A DNA stretch of 64,000 nucleotides from Epithemia pelagica (lineage: Eukaryota; Protista; Bacillariophyta). Where the stretch lies: the NCBI GenBank assembly GCA_946965045.2, contig OX337232.1, positions 3,410,001-3,474,000 on the forward strand, in the 5' to 3' direction. The notes under the pieces are model-generated. The model saw nothing but the letters and a program-made list of their open reading frames with translations, had not been told where the DNA came from and ran no database searches. Position numbers and translations under genes: made by a program. Below, in pieces: positions 22,938 through 32,848 of the stretch (position 1 is its first letter; every line of letters starts with the position of its first letter).

Positions 22938-25900
22938 CTCCCCACAATTCGTCGAATGAGGATTGTCAATTCCCTCATCACTTTCTTGGATTTTTCCTCT
23001 CCAGAATAACAAAGATCTGAGCATGGGCCAAACTGCGGCGAATTCCCAATGTTTACTGAGGATATCAGCTGGGTTTGTCTTTCCATCTTTCCAGTAGAAT
23101 GCGACGTACTTTGCAGCGATAGCTTCACGGACTCGGTGATAGGATAGGAGATGGTGCCTCTTGGAGATGATTGAGTGTGGTGTGGTGCTATTGATAACAA
23201 CAGAGCGGTTATCTCCAAACATGTCACTCTTCTCTCGCAGAGGGACTCCCAAGTATCGGAGTGTAAGGCGTAGCTCCGTGATCTGATCAACTGCAGTCCT
23301 TGCGGCAACAAATTCAGATCCATACGTGGCTGTTTCCACTGTGGCTTGTCGCTTACTGTACCAGTCCACGGGTGTACCATTTACAAAATGCAGGATGGCT
23401 GTAACTGCTTTCCCAGTAACCATATCATGCATGAGATTTGCGTCGACATAATGTATAGTTGTCACAAAACGCCCAAGTGGGGTTGGACAGTCCTCAGGGA
23501 TACGTTCCTTGGCGTCCATGTATACGGTACGACTCCAATCGTATTCTTGGATAGGTAAAGCTGATAAATCTGGCTCCCCAGTGCGGAATCTGATAGACCC
23601 ATCAGGAAATGACATGAGGTATCCATAGATGCGTTTAGCTTGCTTCAAATGACCAATCCTTGGAGCAGCTCTGAACCTTGATATAGTCATGGTAGCAGGA
23701 AAGACATCAAAACGGCCAATGGTAATTAGCCATTGCAGTTGTCCAATAAGAGTCTGGAAATGCTGGGTCCCTTCTTCATCTAAGAGCTCAGAGTCATCGA
23801 GTTCAGGATGATCATTAGCAATGACTGGCGGCTTTGCTTTCTTGGGTTTCTCATTGAACAATCGTTCATAGGTATCCATCATCTTCTCGATGTACCTTCG
23901 TGGGTCAGACACAAGTGTACCGTCTGGATCTTTGGTATAACAACACCCCAAATGATACTCGATAGGTCCAACTCCTTTGAGTTTGAAGTTGTATTTTTCT
24001 GTAAAGATCTTGCAGACAGCTTCAGGGTCCATGGCAACAATAGCTAAGTCATCAACATATACAGCAATATATTCATAACAGTCTTCTCCAGGAGCCTTCT
24101 TCATCCAAATATCAGGGTCAGCCTTGCTTGGAGAAAATCCCATATCAATGAGAACATCAAACAGTTTGTCATGCCAGCGAGCACCTGAGGATTTGAGACC
24201 ATATAATGCCTTGTAGATGATCAAGATATGTCCTTCTAACTCCTTGAACTCTGGTCCTGCAATGATGAAAATCTTCTCTCCTGTCAATGCTTCTAGGTAT
24301 GCGTTCCCAATATCTGCTCCCCATATTTCCATGTCGTTCATGGTTCCAAGAAATATGGCAATGCGAAGGTTGCGAATGGAGACAACCCCTGAATAGATGG
24401 TCTCAACGGGTTCCTTGGTGAGATGTCCATCTGCGACAAGTCGTGCCTTGTGCCTTCCGTCATGCTTGACATCAAAGACCAGATGTACTCTTATCTTATG
24501 ATATCCTTCTGGTGCATTGGCCAATTTCCCATTAATGAACTTGGCTTTTCCATGGTCCTTGAAAGTGTTATACGATTGAATCTGTGAGAGTTCCAATTCT
24601 GTTGCGTCTTGCCATTTCGTGTTCCCAAATTGCTTGTCTAGTTCCACTGCTTCTTCATAGGTGCGAGGTACTTGGAAACCAAACTTGTACTTGATAGAGC
24701 GACGAACTTGTTTGATCCTGGATTGTTTAGCTGCTCGAATGAGTCTTTTGCTTGTCTTGACGTATCGCTTGAGATGTTTCCATCCAGGTAGATCCAGCAA
24801 ACCATTTTTCTTGGCATAGATGACGACTGTGATGGGGTCATCATTTGCAATAAGAGATAGAGGTTCGTATGTCGTCTCCCCAGTCTCCCAATCAACAAGG
24901 ACATTATATTTACTCCCTTTATAGTCTGGGTCGCTTGAGTTCAAAGGTCCTTGGTGTGCAATAACGTCTCTGAATCGGAAGAGACTATCCCCTGTCGTTT
25001 GGGCTTGATTATCCCTTTCAATGTATTCCATGAGCTGGTTGTAGGAGATCATCTCATCAACATTGGAGTTAGACTTGCGAAAGATATATTTGAGTCGATC
25101 TTCTTGTTTGGTTGCATCTTGTTCCAGGTCGACAACTCGTTTGATTACTCGTGCTCGGTGGCGCTCCCCATTCTCTTCAGTGTCACAAAGGAATGTGCGT
25201 CCAACTAAATCGTCGTAGTCAATTGTTGGCATAGGTGTGGATGGGTCTTCACTTCTGCTGCGAATAAAGACAGTGTCACCTTGCTTGTCAGTGGGTTTAT
25301 GCGGCGACTCCTCCCCTGAAGAGATATCCACACGAAGGTTGGGGGTAGTGGAGGCAACGCGACGGACAGCGGAACGGTAGATGATGACGTTGTCGGCAGT
25401 GAGGATCTTCCAAGTAAAGGCATCACCAACATTGTGGGCAAAACCAACCCAGTGGCCAATCTTCTCGTCGGGAGACGAAGGGTAAGAACCGGAGGTAGGT
25501 TCAGAAGGGTCGACACGATAGTAGACCTCATCCCAGAAAGGAAAGAAAAGGAGATGGGTAATGTCGGGTGGGGTACCGGTAAGAGCCTCAAGAGGGGTGC
25601 GGCCAGAGTGGGTGGGAGAGGAAGTGTGATTGAGGAGGTCACACACATATTCTAAACAAAGTAACCATGCAGAAGCAGGGCAACCAGAGGCATTCATGAT
25701 AGCATTGGTCATACGCTTAACGGTCTGGTAGCGGTTCTCAGCTTTGTTCTGGTGTTGATGATAGGGCTCGGAACGGTATTCACCAATCAGAAGGGTGCGA
25801 AGAATATCCTTGACCTTGTGGGAAATAAGTGACGAACCACCATCACTGATCAAAGTCTCCATGACACCACGTGTACAAATGTTATCCTGGAGGGTATTGA

Positions 25901-28634
25901 CGAATTGCTTGGTAGACTTGATACCATAAATGTCAGTAACCAAAGTATCACGACCAACAAAAATCTGAGCAATCTTGCCACCATGGTTAACAGCCGGGGT
26001 GTCGGAGAAGATGGAGTCAGTGGCAACGGGTTCATGTCGTCGTGGTAGGTTAAGGATAGGATTCAGGGCCTTAAAGTGTTTCTTCAAGGTATCCTGGTCA
26101 AAGGAAATGTGTCCATGACAAGTTGTATGCTTGAACGTATCGGCGATTACGTCTTCCGATTGCCACCCAAAGAAAGGGCGAAATTTCTTCCAGTCGTATT
26201 GTTCCTTGTAGAGTTTGTGGACAGACGCATGAAGTGTGGGGTCGTTGCCATCTTGATCAGCATAGATGGAAAAGAAGGAAGGTTTATCGGGGCCATGATC
26301 ATATGGGAGATCGAGGAGGAGATTCAAAGTGCATACAACGCGATCGGTATACTCCCCATATTGGTCATAGGGGTACGTTTCCATACTACCATCAGTCTCC
26401 ACAGATGTCCAGTTCGGTGCAGGGTCTTGATGGGGGTCTGGATGGGTATGGTCAAGTACAGAAGGATCCCAGATATGGGGTGAAGTGAACACAATATGCG
26501 GATATTTATCCATATCGTCATCAGAAGGGATTCCCAGAGATTGAATGTATGCAAGGCCATCCTTGATTCGTAAGGGCAATGCACGTCCATCAAGGGTAGT
26601 AATGCGTTGTTTGCCATCAACCTTGACGGATCGTTCGTCGACAGATAGGCCGAAATGTTCAAATTGCGCTGGGGCATGGATAGATAAACCCTTTCCATAG
26701 TGGGCATACTCATTGAAGATACCAATAATGGGTCCATCACTTGTATCAAACTTGGCAGCACAGGTAACAACTGGAAGGCCAGTCAATTCATGATTGTCAA
26801 TACCTACGATGGTAATATGACGTCCGGTTTTGGTAAGGATAGGCATGTCAGATCCTGCAAGGCCTCCATTGGCACCTTGATCGATGAGTTGATTACCAGA
26901 AAAGGTGGATTTGCGGGAGAATAGATATCGTGACATATGAACCTTTTGCTTGTGATCGGCAGAAGACTTGAACTTGACTTTAGGACTTGACTTTGTTGTA
27001 GAAGTTGACAAGATGTTGCTGAGGTCAGATGCTGGATGATTGATATCTGTCGATGCAATAGCCTGGTGTACGAACTGGGTAACCAGATCAGAGGATGTAT
27101 CGAATGGATCTTGTTCTGGTGCATCTTGATGGGTATCACCAATGTTGTTGGCATCAGGATCAGGGTCCGGTTCAGGATCAATGTCAAGAGAATGTGTTTG
27201 GACCTTGCGTGGAGTTGTCGGGGAATCTTGGACGGATTTATTGAAGTCGACAATGATTTGCCGATCCTCTTCAGAGAGTTTAAACCATACATCTCTTGGA
27301 AGGCTGATTTTCAACGAAGTTGGGGACTTTTCGGATTGGATATTCGTGTTGTTGATCTGGTAGTCAGGGGGCTCCACTGGTTCAAAAGGTTCATCCAACT
27401 GAAATTCATGTTGCTTTACATGACGACGGCGGTTAGACGCAGAAGTTCGGGTAGCTTGGTCATGGTCAAAAGCAGCATCAAGAAGCAGGCGGAAATATGA
27501 TTGATAACAGAGAGACTTGGCTCCAGATTTTGTGTTGACAACGTTATCCAAGATCTTGACTCGTCTTAAATCAGGTACCTTTTCAACAGCTTGCATAAGG
27601 AAGGTCATCCTTGTATGGTCATGGATACGATCCGACAGTGGTACAAGGTTATCCAGAAGTCGTAGCTGTTCTTGAAAATGTAGGAGAAACTGACGAGTTG
27701 TACCACGCCAAGAGTCATCCAGTCGAAGATTCGAAATGTAGCTTGTTAGGCGTAACACTTCTCGCTTAGCTAGATCAGATTCAGTGTGTAGAACATGGAG
27801 TTTCTTCAAGACGACTCTTGCATCTTCATCATGTTCATGTTCTCGAACATATGCTCTTCCTTGGTCGGTTTGGATAATACGTACAAGTACAGAATAGACA
27901 AAGACTTGTTGTTCTCGGAAAAGTAACTCTGCGCATTCGTCATCCTTGGGTACCTTGTAATCGAAATCAAGAACATTCGACAATCCTTGTGCTTTCGCAG
28001 TTGATTTGAATACACGCCAAAACGAATCAAAGTATCGTTCGTCTTTGAATGATTCAAATGCTGTTGCATCTCTTTTGGTTCCTTTCTTGAAAGCAGAGAG
28101 ATCTAACATGGATTGAGATGTTGTAGAGGATGTAGTGGGAGATCGGGATGATACGGAGTGTGCAGGTGATTTCAGAGGAGAAACTGGGTCTTGGTTCATA
28201 CCAGACTTGGTAAAGTCGGTGTTGATCCTCCAATCGTCATATTGGTCCCTCGTGAGGTTCATCCATGTAGCACGGGGTAGTTTTCCATGTTGGAGTTGCC
28301 GTTGTTGTAGTAACCAATATGCCATTAGTTTGAGTTGTAATCTTGTACTTGTCTGTAGGTCGTTGACTTGTTTTCCAACCTTGTATTGCATGAGATCCTT
28401 GAGTGTCTCCTCGGGATCAGTTGCAACATGGTCGAGGACATGAAGGATATGTTCAAAACCATGATGTCGCATCCACTTTTGAAGTGATTGGGCTGGTTCA
28501 TCATTACAACCAAAGATGCCTTTAGTTATATGGTCGAAGAGATCTTGGTTGGTTATATGACTTGACTTGTCCTCAGGAGGAGTAAACGGTGTCTTCGGAG
28601 GTGTCGCTTCCATGATAGTACTTGTATGGTTCAA
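22932..28634 (-). CDS. Gag-Pol polyprotein of element 3 (1900 aa, uninterrupted)
   Basis: gag; protease-like LIDQGANGG; integrase (DSIFSD, LISDGG, QNKAENR); RT (HLVFDVKHDGRHKARLVA, YVDD); RNase H (YVDANL, FGDN, NPADILSK). Confidence 0.95.
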   Translation of the reverse strand: MNHTSTIMEATPPKTPFTPPEDKSSHITNQDLFDHITKGIFGCNDEPAQSLQKWMRHHGFEHILHVLDHVATDPEETLKDLMQYKVGKQVNDLQTSTRLQLKLMAYWLLQQRQLQHGKLPRATWMNLTRDQYDDWRINTDFTKSGMNQDPVSPLKSPAHSVSSRSPTTSSTTSQSMLDLSAFKKGTKRDATAFESFKDERYFDSFWRVFKSTAKAQGLSNVLDFDYKVPKDDECAELLFREQQVFVYSVLVRIIQTDQGRAYVREHEHDEDARVVLKKLHVLHTESDLAKREVLRLTSYISNLRLDDSWRGTTRQFLLHFQEQLRLLDNLVPLSDRIHDHTRMTFLMQAVEKVPDLRRVKILDNVVNTKSGAKSLCYQSYFRLLLDAAFDHDQATRTSASNRRRHVKQHEFQLDEPFEPVEPPDYQINNTNIQSEKSPTSLKISLPRDVWFKLSEEDRQIIVDFNKSVQDSPTTPRKVQTHSLDIDPEPDPDPDANNIGDTHQDAPEQDPFDTSSDLVTQFVHQAIASTDINHPASDLSNILSTSTTKSSPKVKFKSSADHKQKVHMSRYLFSRKSTFSGNQLIDQGANGGLAGSDMPILTKTGRHITIVGIDNHELTGLPVVTCAAKFDTSDGPIIGIFNEYAHYGKGLSIHAPAQFEHFGLSVDERSVKVDGKQRITTLDGRALPLRIKDGLAYIQSLGIPSDDDMDKYPHIVFTSPHIWDPSVLDHTHPDPHQDPAPNWTSVETDGSMETYPYDQYGEYTDRVVCTLNLLLDLPYDHGPDKPSFFSIYADQDGNDPTLHASVHKLYKEQYDWKKFRPFFGWQSEDVIADTFKHTTCHGHISFDQDTLKKHFKALNPILNLPRRHEPVATDSIFSDTPAVNHGGKIAQIFVGRDTLVTDIYGIKSTKQFVNTLQDNICTRGVMETLISDGGSSLISHKVKDILRTLLIGEYRSEPYHQHQNKAENRYQTVKRMTNAIMNASGCPASAWLLCLEYVCDLLNHTSSPTHSGRTPLEALTGTPPDITHLLFFPFWDEVYYRVDPSEPTSGSYPSSPDEKIGHWVGFAHNVGDAFTWKILTADNVIIYRSAVRRVASTTPNLRVDISSGEESPHKPTDKQGDTVFIRSRSEDPSTPMPTIDYDDLVGRTFLCDTEENGERHRARVIKRVVDLEQDATKQEDRLKYIFRKSNSNVDEMISYNQLMEYIERDNQAQTTGDSLFRFRDVIAHQGPLNSSDPDYKGSKYNVLVDWETGETTYEPLSLIANDDPITVVIYAKKNGLLDLPGWKHLKRYVKTSKRLIRAAKQSRIKQVRRSIKYKFGFQVPRTYEEAVELDKQFGNTKWQDATELELSQIQSYNTFKDHGKAKFINGKLANAPEGYHKIRVHLVFDVKHDGRHKARLVADGHLTKEPVETIYSGVVSIRNLRIAIFLGTMNDMEIWGADIGNAYLEALTGEKIFIIAGPEFKELEGHILIIYKALYGLKSSGARWHDKLFDVLIDMGFSPSKADPDIWMKKAPGEDCYEYIAVYVDDLAIVAMDPEAVCKIFTEKYNFKLKGVGPIEYHLGCCYTKDPDGTLVSDPRRYIEKMMDTYERLFNEKPKKAKPPVIANDHPELDDSELLDEEGTQHFQTLIGQLQWLITIGRFDVFPATMTISRFRAAPRIGHLKQAKRIYGYLMSFPDGSIRFRTGEPDLSALPIQEYDWSRTVYMDAKERIPEDCPTPLGRFVTTIHYVDANLMHDMVTGKAVTAILHFVNGTPVDWYSKRQATVETATYGSEFVAARTAVDQITELRLTLRYLGVPLREKSDMFGDNRSVVINSTTPHSIISKRHHLLSYHRVREAIAAKYVAFYWKDGKTNPADILSKHWEFAAVWPMLRSLLFWRGKIQESDEGIDNPHSTNCGEC

Positions 28635-28805
28635 TTGTTATCACAGTGTGTAGCGTGATGTCCTTGCGAAAATTTTATTTAACCGATGTGAAAAGAACCC
28701 GGTTGTGACACGTATGTAGGTACCCGGATGTGTGATGTGCTTGGAACCCGGATGTGCGGAACTCGGTTTTGTGTCTGGTTTGGTGTAGAAACTACGTAAA
28801 GTTAC

Positions 28806-29561
28806 TTATTCTTGGTCACTTTCGGCTCGGTACTGAAGACGAGATGCGGAATCGGTCACTGTAGTGGCTAGTTCTTCAACGTCGTCGTCTTCCAACAAGT
28901 GGTTCACGTGTTGAGTGAAGAGAGGGTAGATAGTCGCACGGAAATCCTGGCAGAGATGGATCTCGTGAACAAAGGAGACGTACTCGTCGAGACGAGTAGT
29001 CGGGGTAGGTAGCGGATTCGTCGTCGAGTTGACGATCCAGATGGTGTGGAAGTAGTTGGTTGGACGTTCAAAGGAGATGAATCGAATACGGATGGGTTCC
29101 ACAGGGTTGCCCAACAGGGCTTGGACAATGAAACGGCGTCTCGAGCACTGGTACAAGAGGTCGAGAAGTCGTTGGATGTCCTCAAGGTCAGTCACGGGTT
29201 GGACGGACTGGAAATCGATCTCGCGTTTGGTTGTGGAACGGATCACGTCGGGGTCGGTAGTCGACTCAGTCGGCTCGCGGAAGTGTCGGATATGCGCAGT
29301 AAGAAGACGGCTCGTACGTCGGGTGCGAGTAGGGTTCAAACGGCGAGGCGGAGTCGAAGGGTGAGTCGGAATCGAAGGAGGCTGGACCACTCGGTCTGGG
29401 GTCTGGAAGGGATTCGGAGCACTGGCCTGAGTCGGGGTCTGTTTCGGAGTTTCAATCAAGGGCTCGCCCGGATGGGACACGGGTGGATGGAGTTCCTCCC
29501 CGCTTTGTTGGAAGGAATGAAAGATGTGTCGAATAGAGAGGTTGGAATCGTCGTGAGACAT
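28806..29561 (-). CDS. Extra ORF (251 aa) between the PBS and gag of element 3; unknown function
   Basis: ATG 39 nt after the 5' LTR, same strand as gag-pol; Pro-rich N-terminal half and an apparently globular C-terminal half. Confidence 0.55.
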   Translation of the reverse strand: MSHDDSNLSIRHIFHSFQQSGEELHPPVSHPGEPLIETPKQTPTQASAPNPFQTPDRVVQPPSIPTHPSTPPRRLNPTRTRRTSRLLTAHIRHFREPTESTTDPDVIRSTTKREIDFQSVQPVTDLEDIQRLLDLLYQCSRRRFIVQALLGNPVEPIRIRFISFERPTNYFHTIWIVNSTTNPLPTPTTRLDEYVSFVHEIHLCQDFRATIYPLFTQHVNHLLEDDDVEELATTVTDSASRLQYRAESDQE

Positions 29562-29599
29562 CGAAAGCTTCTCGGAAATAAACGATGAGACTGTTAATC

Positions 29600-30357
29600 T
29601 GATAAACTTCTCTCGATTCAACAGGGGTTAGACAGATAGGTAGGATAGGTAAAAGGCTCGCTGAGCCGACAATCAAATCACCAACCGATACAACAATCCT
29701 CCACGGGTCAGAGAAGAGTTGCAAGTCGAAGTCCGCCGTGGGTGGGGGCAGTCGGTCCACTGATAAGAGATTAGTCTTAAGATGAGTGTTAAAATGGTGA
29801 TATTAATGATTGTGAGACGATTACTAACTAAGGTGGTTGATGGTGCCGAAGTCCTGGCTCTTGTATACGGCCATGGATCTGGTGTGATAGGTCCTCACTG
29901 GTTGGAGTAGACCGGCATTGGTGTATATTGAATGTATAGGGTGATGGATAACATGTATGGGATGCAACAGCTCTTGCTTTGTTGTGGTATAAGTCTTGTC
30001 CTGGACGCGTTGTTGTTTGCATTCTTGGATTTGTGGGAACAGAGATATGGTCTCGCGTGATCGTGATTCGTGCTTTGATTACATAGACCGTTAGGTCGAA
30101 TCGTGGATGCGCGTACTCGGATAGTAGAGGCGCGCACTTGATAGTTTTGGGCGCGCACGTGTTGGGCCATAGTTAATATCCGAGCGGTCGCCGATAACGC
30201 GTGCAATGCGAGCATGCCGTGGCCAAATTTATAGTTTTGCGAGCATGCCGACATTCTTTTCTCACTTTTAGGAAAATGTCATCGGATGCCATAAAATACT
30301 AGCATCATTCGATGAGTTGTAGGTTTCGCCACCTAGTTTTCGGTGAGAATCCTAACA
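29600..30357 (-). repeat. 5' LTR of element 3
   Basis: Direct repeat of 22180-22937; followed on the minus strand by GATTAACAGTCTCA (putative PBS). Confidence 0.95.
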
Positions 30358-32116
30358 GTGTGGACCGATGGAATTTTTGTTCAGATGAAGGCCAGTCGTT
30401 GCTCGATTGCGTTGGCAGACTATGGTGTGAATCTAAAAATGGCGAGTAGCAAACTGGTGATGGTCGTTTCTTGGAAAGAGGGAGAGGTGGCCTGAATGGA
30501 ATATATGAAACAAGACAGTGAACGAATGACATTGATTTTTATGGTCTTGTGCCTTTGACCTGATGTTTCGTTGCTAATGGATTGTCTTCTTTCTTTCTGA
30601 GATTTTGTTTTGTCATCAATGTCGGAGTGGCCTTTTGTGAAATGCACCAATGATCACAAAAACACCCTTTCTCGAGTTTTCCCGTGATGCAAGGAAAGAA
30701 GGCTGAGTGCTAGAATCCAATTTTGGGAGAAGAATGCCAATTTCCTGACTTTCGTCTTGATTTGACAGCTGAAATGGTCATTGTTTCACTTGTGGACGAG
30801 AAATTGTGCGAGTTGGCGTCCGTAAGAATGCCATGTTTGAAAAATGATGGTCCGTTTCTGAGATTTCAGCAGGACAAAATGAAGTTAAAAGGTGTCTCCA
30901 AGGAATTAAAGGCTGAAAATTGCCCTGGTTTCCATGGACACGACAGTATTCAACCTGAGTGCTAAAATGGTTCTTTGAGCCCCTATTTCTGGATCTGTTG
31001 GAATCGCGAGGGGACCGAGAAATGGTCGCGGTAGTGGGCGGAATTTGGGCGATCTAGCTATCTGTCGGCGAGCCGTAGCCCCTAGCCAGTCGCTTCTGTT
31101 GTTGGTAGATAAAGTAGACACTTCTTTGTTTTGGACGATATTTCATCCAGCAACGAGGTCGTTTCTTGAAACGGTTGGCATCATCCACAACAACATGATC
31201 ATCGGATGCACTTTTTCTGGGGGAACGCGAGATTGTCGAGTTTAGGAAGCACTTTTCACATGAGAGGCATGATTATAAGGGCTATAGTAATATGATGGCT
31301 GGCGTGATATACGTAGATTTCCTACTAAGCACTACGTCGTTGACATTCGGCTTGAACTCAGCTTGTAGACCCAAGAAAGCCGAGTTGCGCCAATAATTAT
31401 TATCCCAACAAGTATTCGGTCTACTCGCTGGTAGCTGGTAGGGTGTAGGGTCATCATTTTTTGTAGTACCAGTACACTATGAAGAGGATTGTACTCGTAC
31501 TCGTACGAGTAGTGGTCGTCGTCCCCCAACAATCCCCAAGACTCAAGCCTCCGTCTGAGGTCTTACCCAGCCAGTAATCTCCTCGTGCACGCTGTTGTAC
31601 AATTCTGGAACACGCGAAACTATGTCGGCTATGACCTCACGCGCCCTATGCTAGCAGACAAGGCAGCATTTTAGCTTAGTACTAGCTAAACAGCTCTAGT
31701 CCTTGTCGTTTTGGCGATTGTCTCTTGTTCAAAAGACCGGGGCAATAAAAACGGTGCACCCGGTATTAAGCCTCATGACACACACAAGATGAAATTGTTG
31801 TCTTGTAATGTCCTACTTATCACTCATTAGCTAAGCCCGACGAGTAATGTTGTGTACACTACATAACTTCTCAGTCTTGTGACTTGTGAGCCATCGGTAA
31901 TCGGTAAATAAGCTCAACGGCAAGGACTACTCGTACGTGAAGCTGCTGGCCACAATAGGCTATAATATTCTTGAACAGCCCAATTCCCATTATTTGGTCT
32001 ATTTAACAGTACATCCAGTACCTCTCTAGTACAACATTACTGCAGAAGTACGAGTCGTGCTTCTATTTTGTCACGGTGCTCCCACGGGATGGTTCTCGCA
32101 AACCTCACAAAATGAA

Positions 32117-32299
32117 GCGGACAAGACGACAAGCGGACAAGATGAAGCGGACAAGACGACAAGCGGACAAGCGGACAAGAAGACAAGACGACAAGCGGAC
32201 AAGACGACAAGCGGACAAAACGACAAGCGGACAAAACGACAAGCGGACAAAACGACAAGACGACAAGCGGACAAAACGACAAGCGGACAAAACGACAAT
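32117..32299 (+). repeat. Minisatellite of ACAAGCGGACAA(G/A)ACG-type units at the inner end of the left foldback arm
   Basis: Tandem ~7-16 bp modular units. Confidence 0.9.
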
Positions 32300-32648
32300 C
32301 AAACCAAACGCAACAAGTACGGCGGTATTCTCGTTCGCAATCTACCAAGTAGTTCAGCCCATGTCCATTATAAATGGACGTCAACGATCGCTTATTGGTA
32401 ACACCGCACATACGTGCTGGAGGAGAGCTTCTCTATGGTTTGACGCATAACTGGTGCATGCTGGAAACCACACCAGCCAAGGGAACTCTGAAACTGTCCA
32501 CGTCATGTCCCAAAGTTTGTGTTGTTACCGGCAAACATACTCTGTTGGATACTGTCTCAGATGTTAGTCAACAAGCGTTTGAAAGGCAAGATGGAATGGA
32601 GACACTCATCTCCTGAGCAGAGAAGGAAATCAAGGAAATCAAGGTTTG

Positions 32649-32848
32649 ATTGTCGTTTGTCCGCTTGTCGTCTTGTCCGCTTGTCGTCTTGTCGTTTTGT
32701 CCGCTTGTCGTTTTGTCCGCTTGTCGTTTTGTCCGCTTGTCGTTTTGTCCGCTTGTCGTTTTGTCCGCTTGTCCGCTTGTCTTCTTGTCCGCTTGTCCGC
32801 TTGTCGTCTTGTCCGCTTCATCTTGTCCGCTTGTCGTCTTGTCCGCTT
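32649..32848 (-). repeat. Inverted copy of the same minisatellite in the right foldback arm
   Basis: TTGTCCGCTTGTCG-type tandem units. Confidence 0.9.

Larger units (their letters stand above)
22180..30357 (-). mobile_element. Full-length Ty1/copia LTR retrotransposon, element 3 (8178 bp), 758 bp TG...CA LTRs, 5 bp TSD GTGTG
   Basis: LTRs 22180-22937 and 29600-30357 (six substitutions seen); GTGTG at 22175-22179 and 30358-30362; PPT TGTGGGGAG; intact 1900 aa gag-pol. Confidence 0.95.
20823..31168 (+). mobile_element. Non-autonomous LTR element (element 4; ~2.2 kb without the nested copia), 153 bp apparently identical LTRs, 4 bp TSD AAAC
   Basis: LTRs 20823-20975 and 31016-31168; AAAC at 20819-20822 and 31169-31172; the same PBS (GTTTATCAGACCCA), leader and GAGGGGAC tract as element 2; no intact ORF. 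Confidence 0.85.
20510..31365. mobile_element. Non-autonomous ~0.5 kb TIR (MITE-like) element related to the 54-64 kb transposon; now split by nested LTR elements
   Basis: TIRs 20510-20543 and 31332-31365 (CAAGCTGAGTTCA...GACGTAG, 26/34 match); TA on both flanks. Subterminal sequence aligns with 54162-54520 and 63816-63921. Own sequence is 20510-20822 plus 31173-31365. Confidence 0.85.

Noticed and set aside
29046-29588. 180 aa plus-strand ORF antisense to the extra ORF of element 3
   Set aside because: Fully overlaps the longer sense ORF and starts with a non-ATG codon; likely a shadow.
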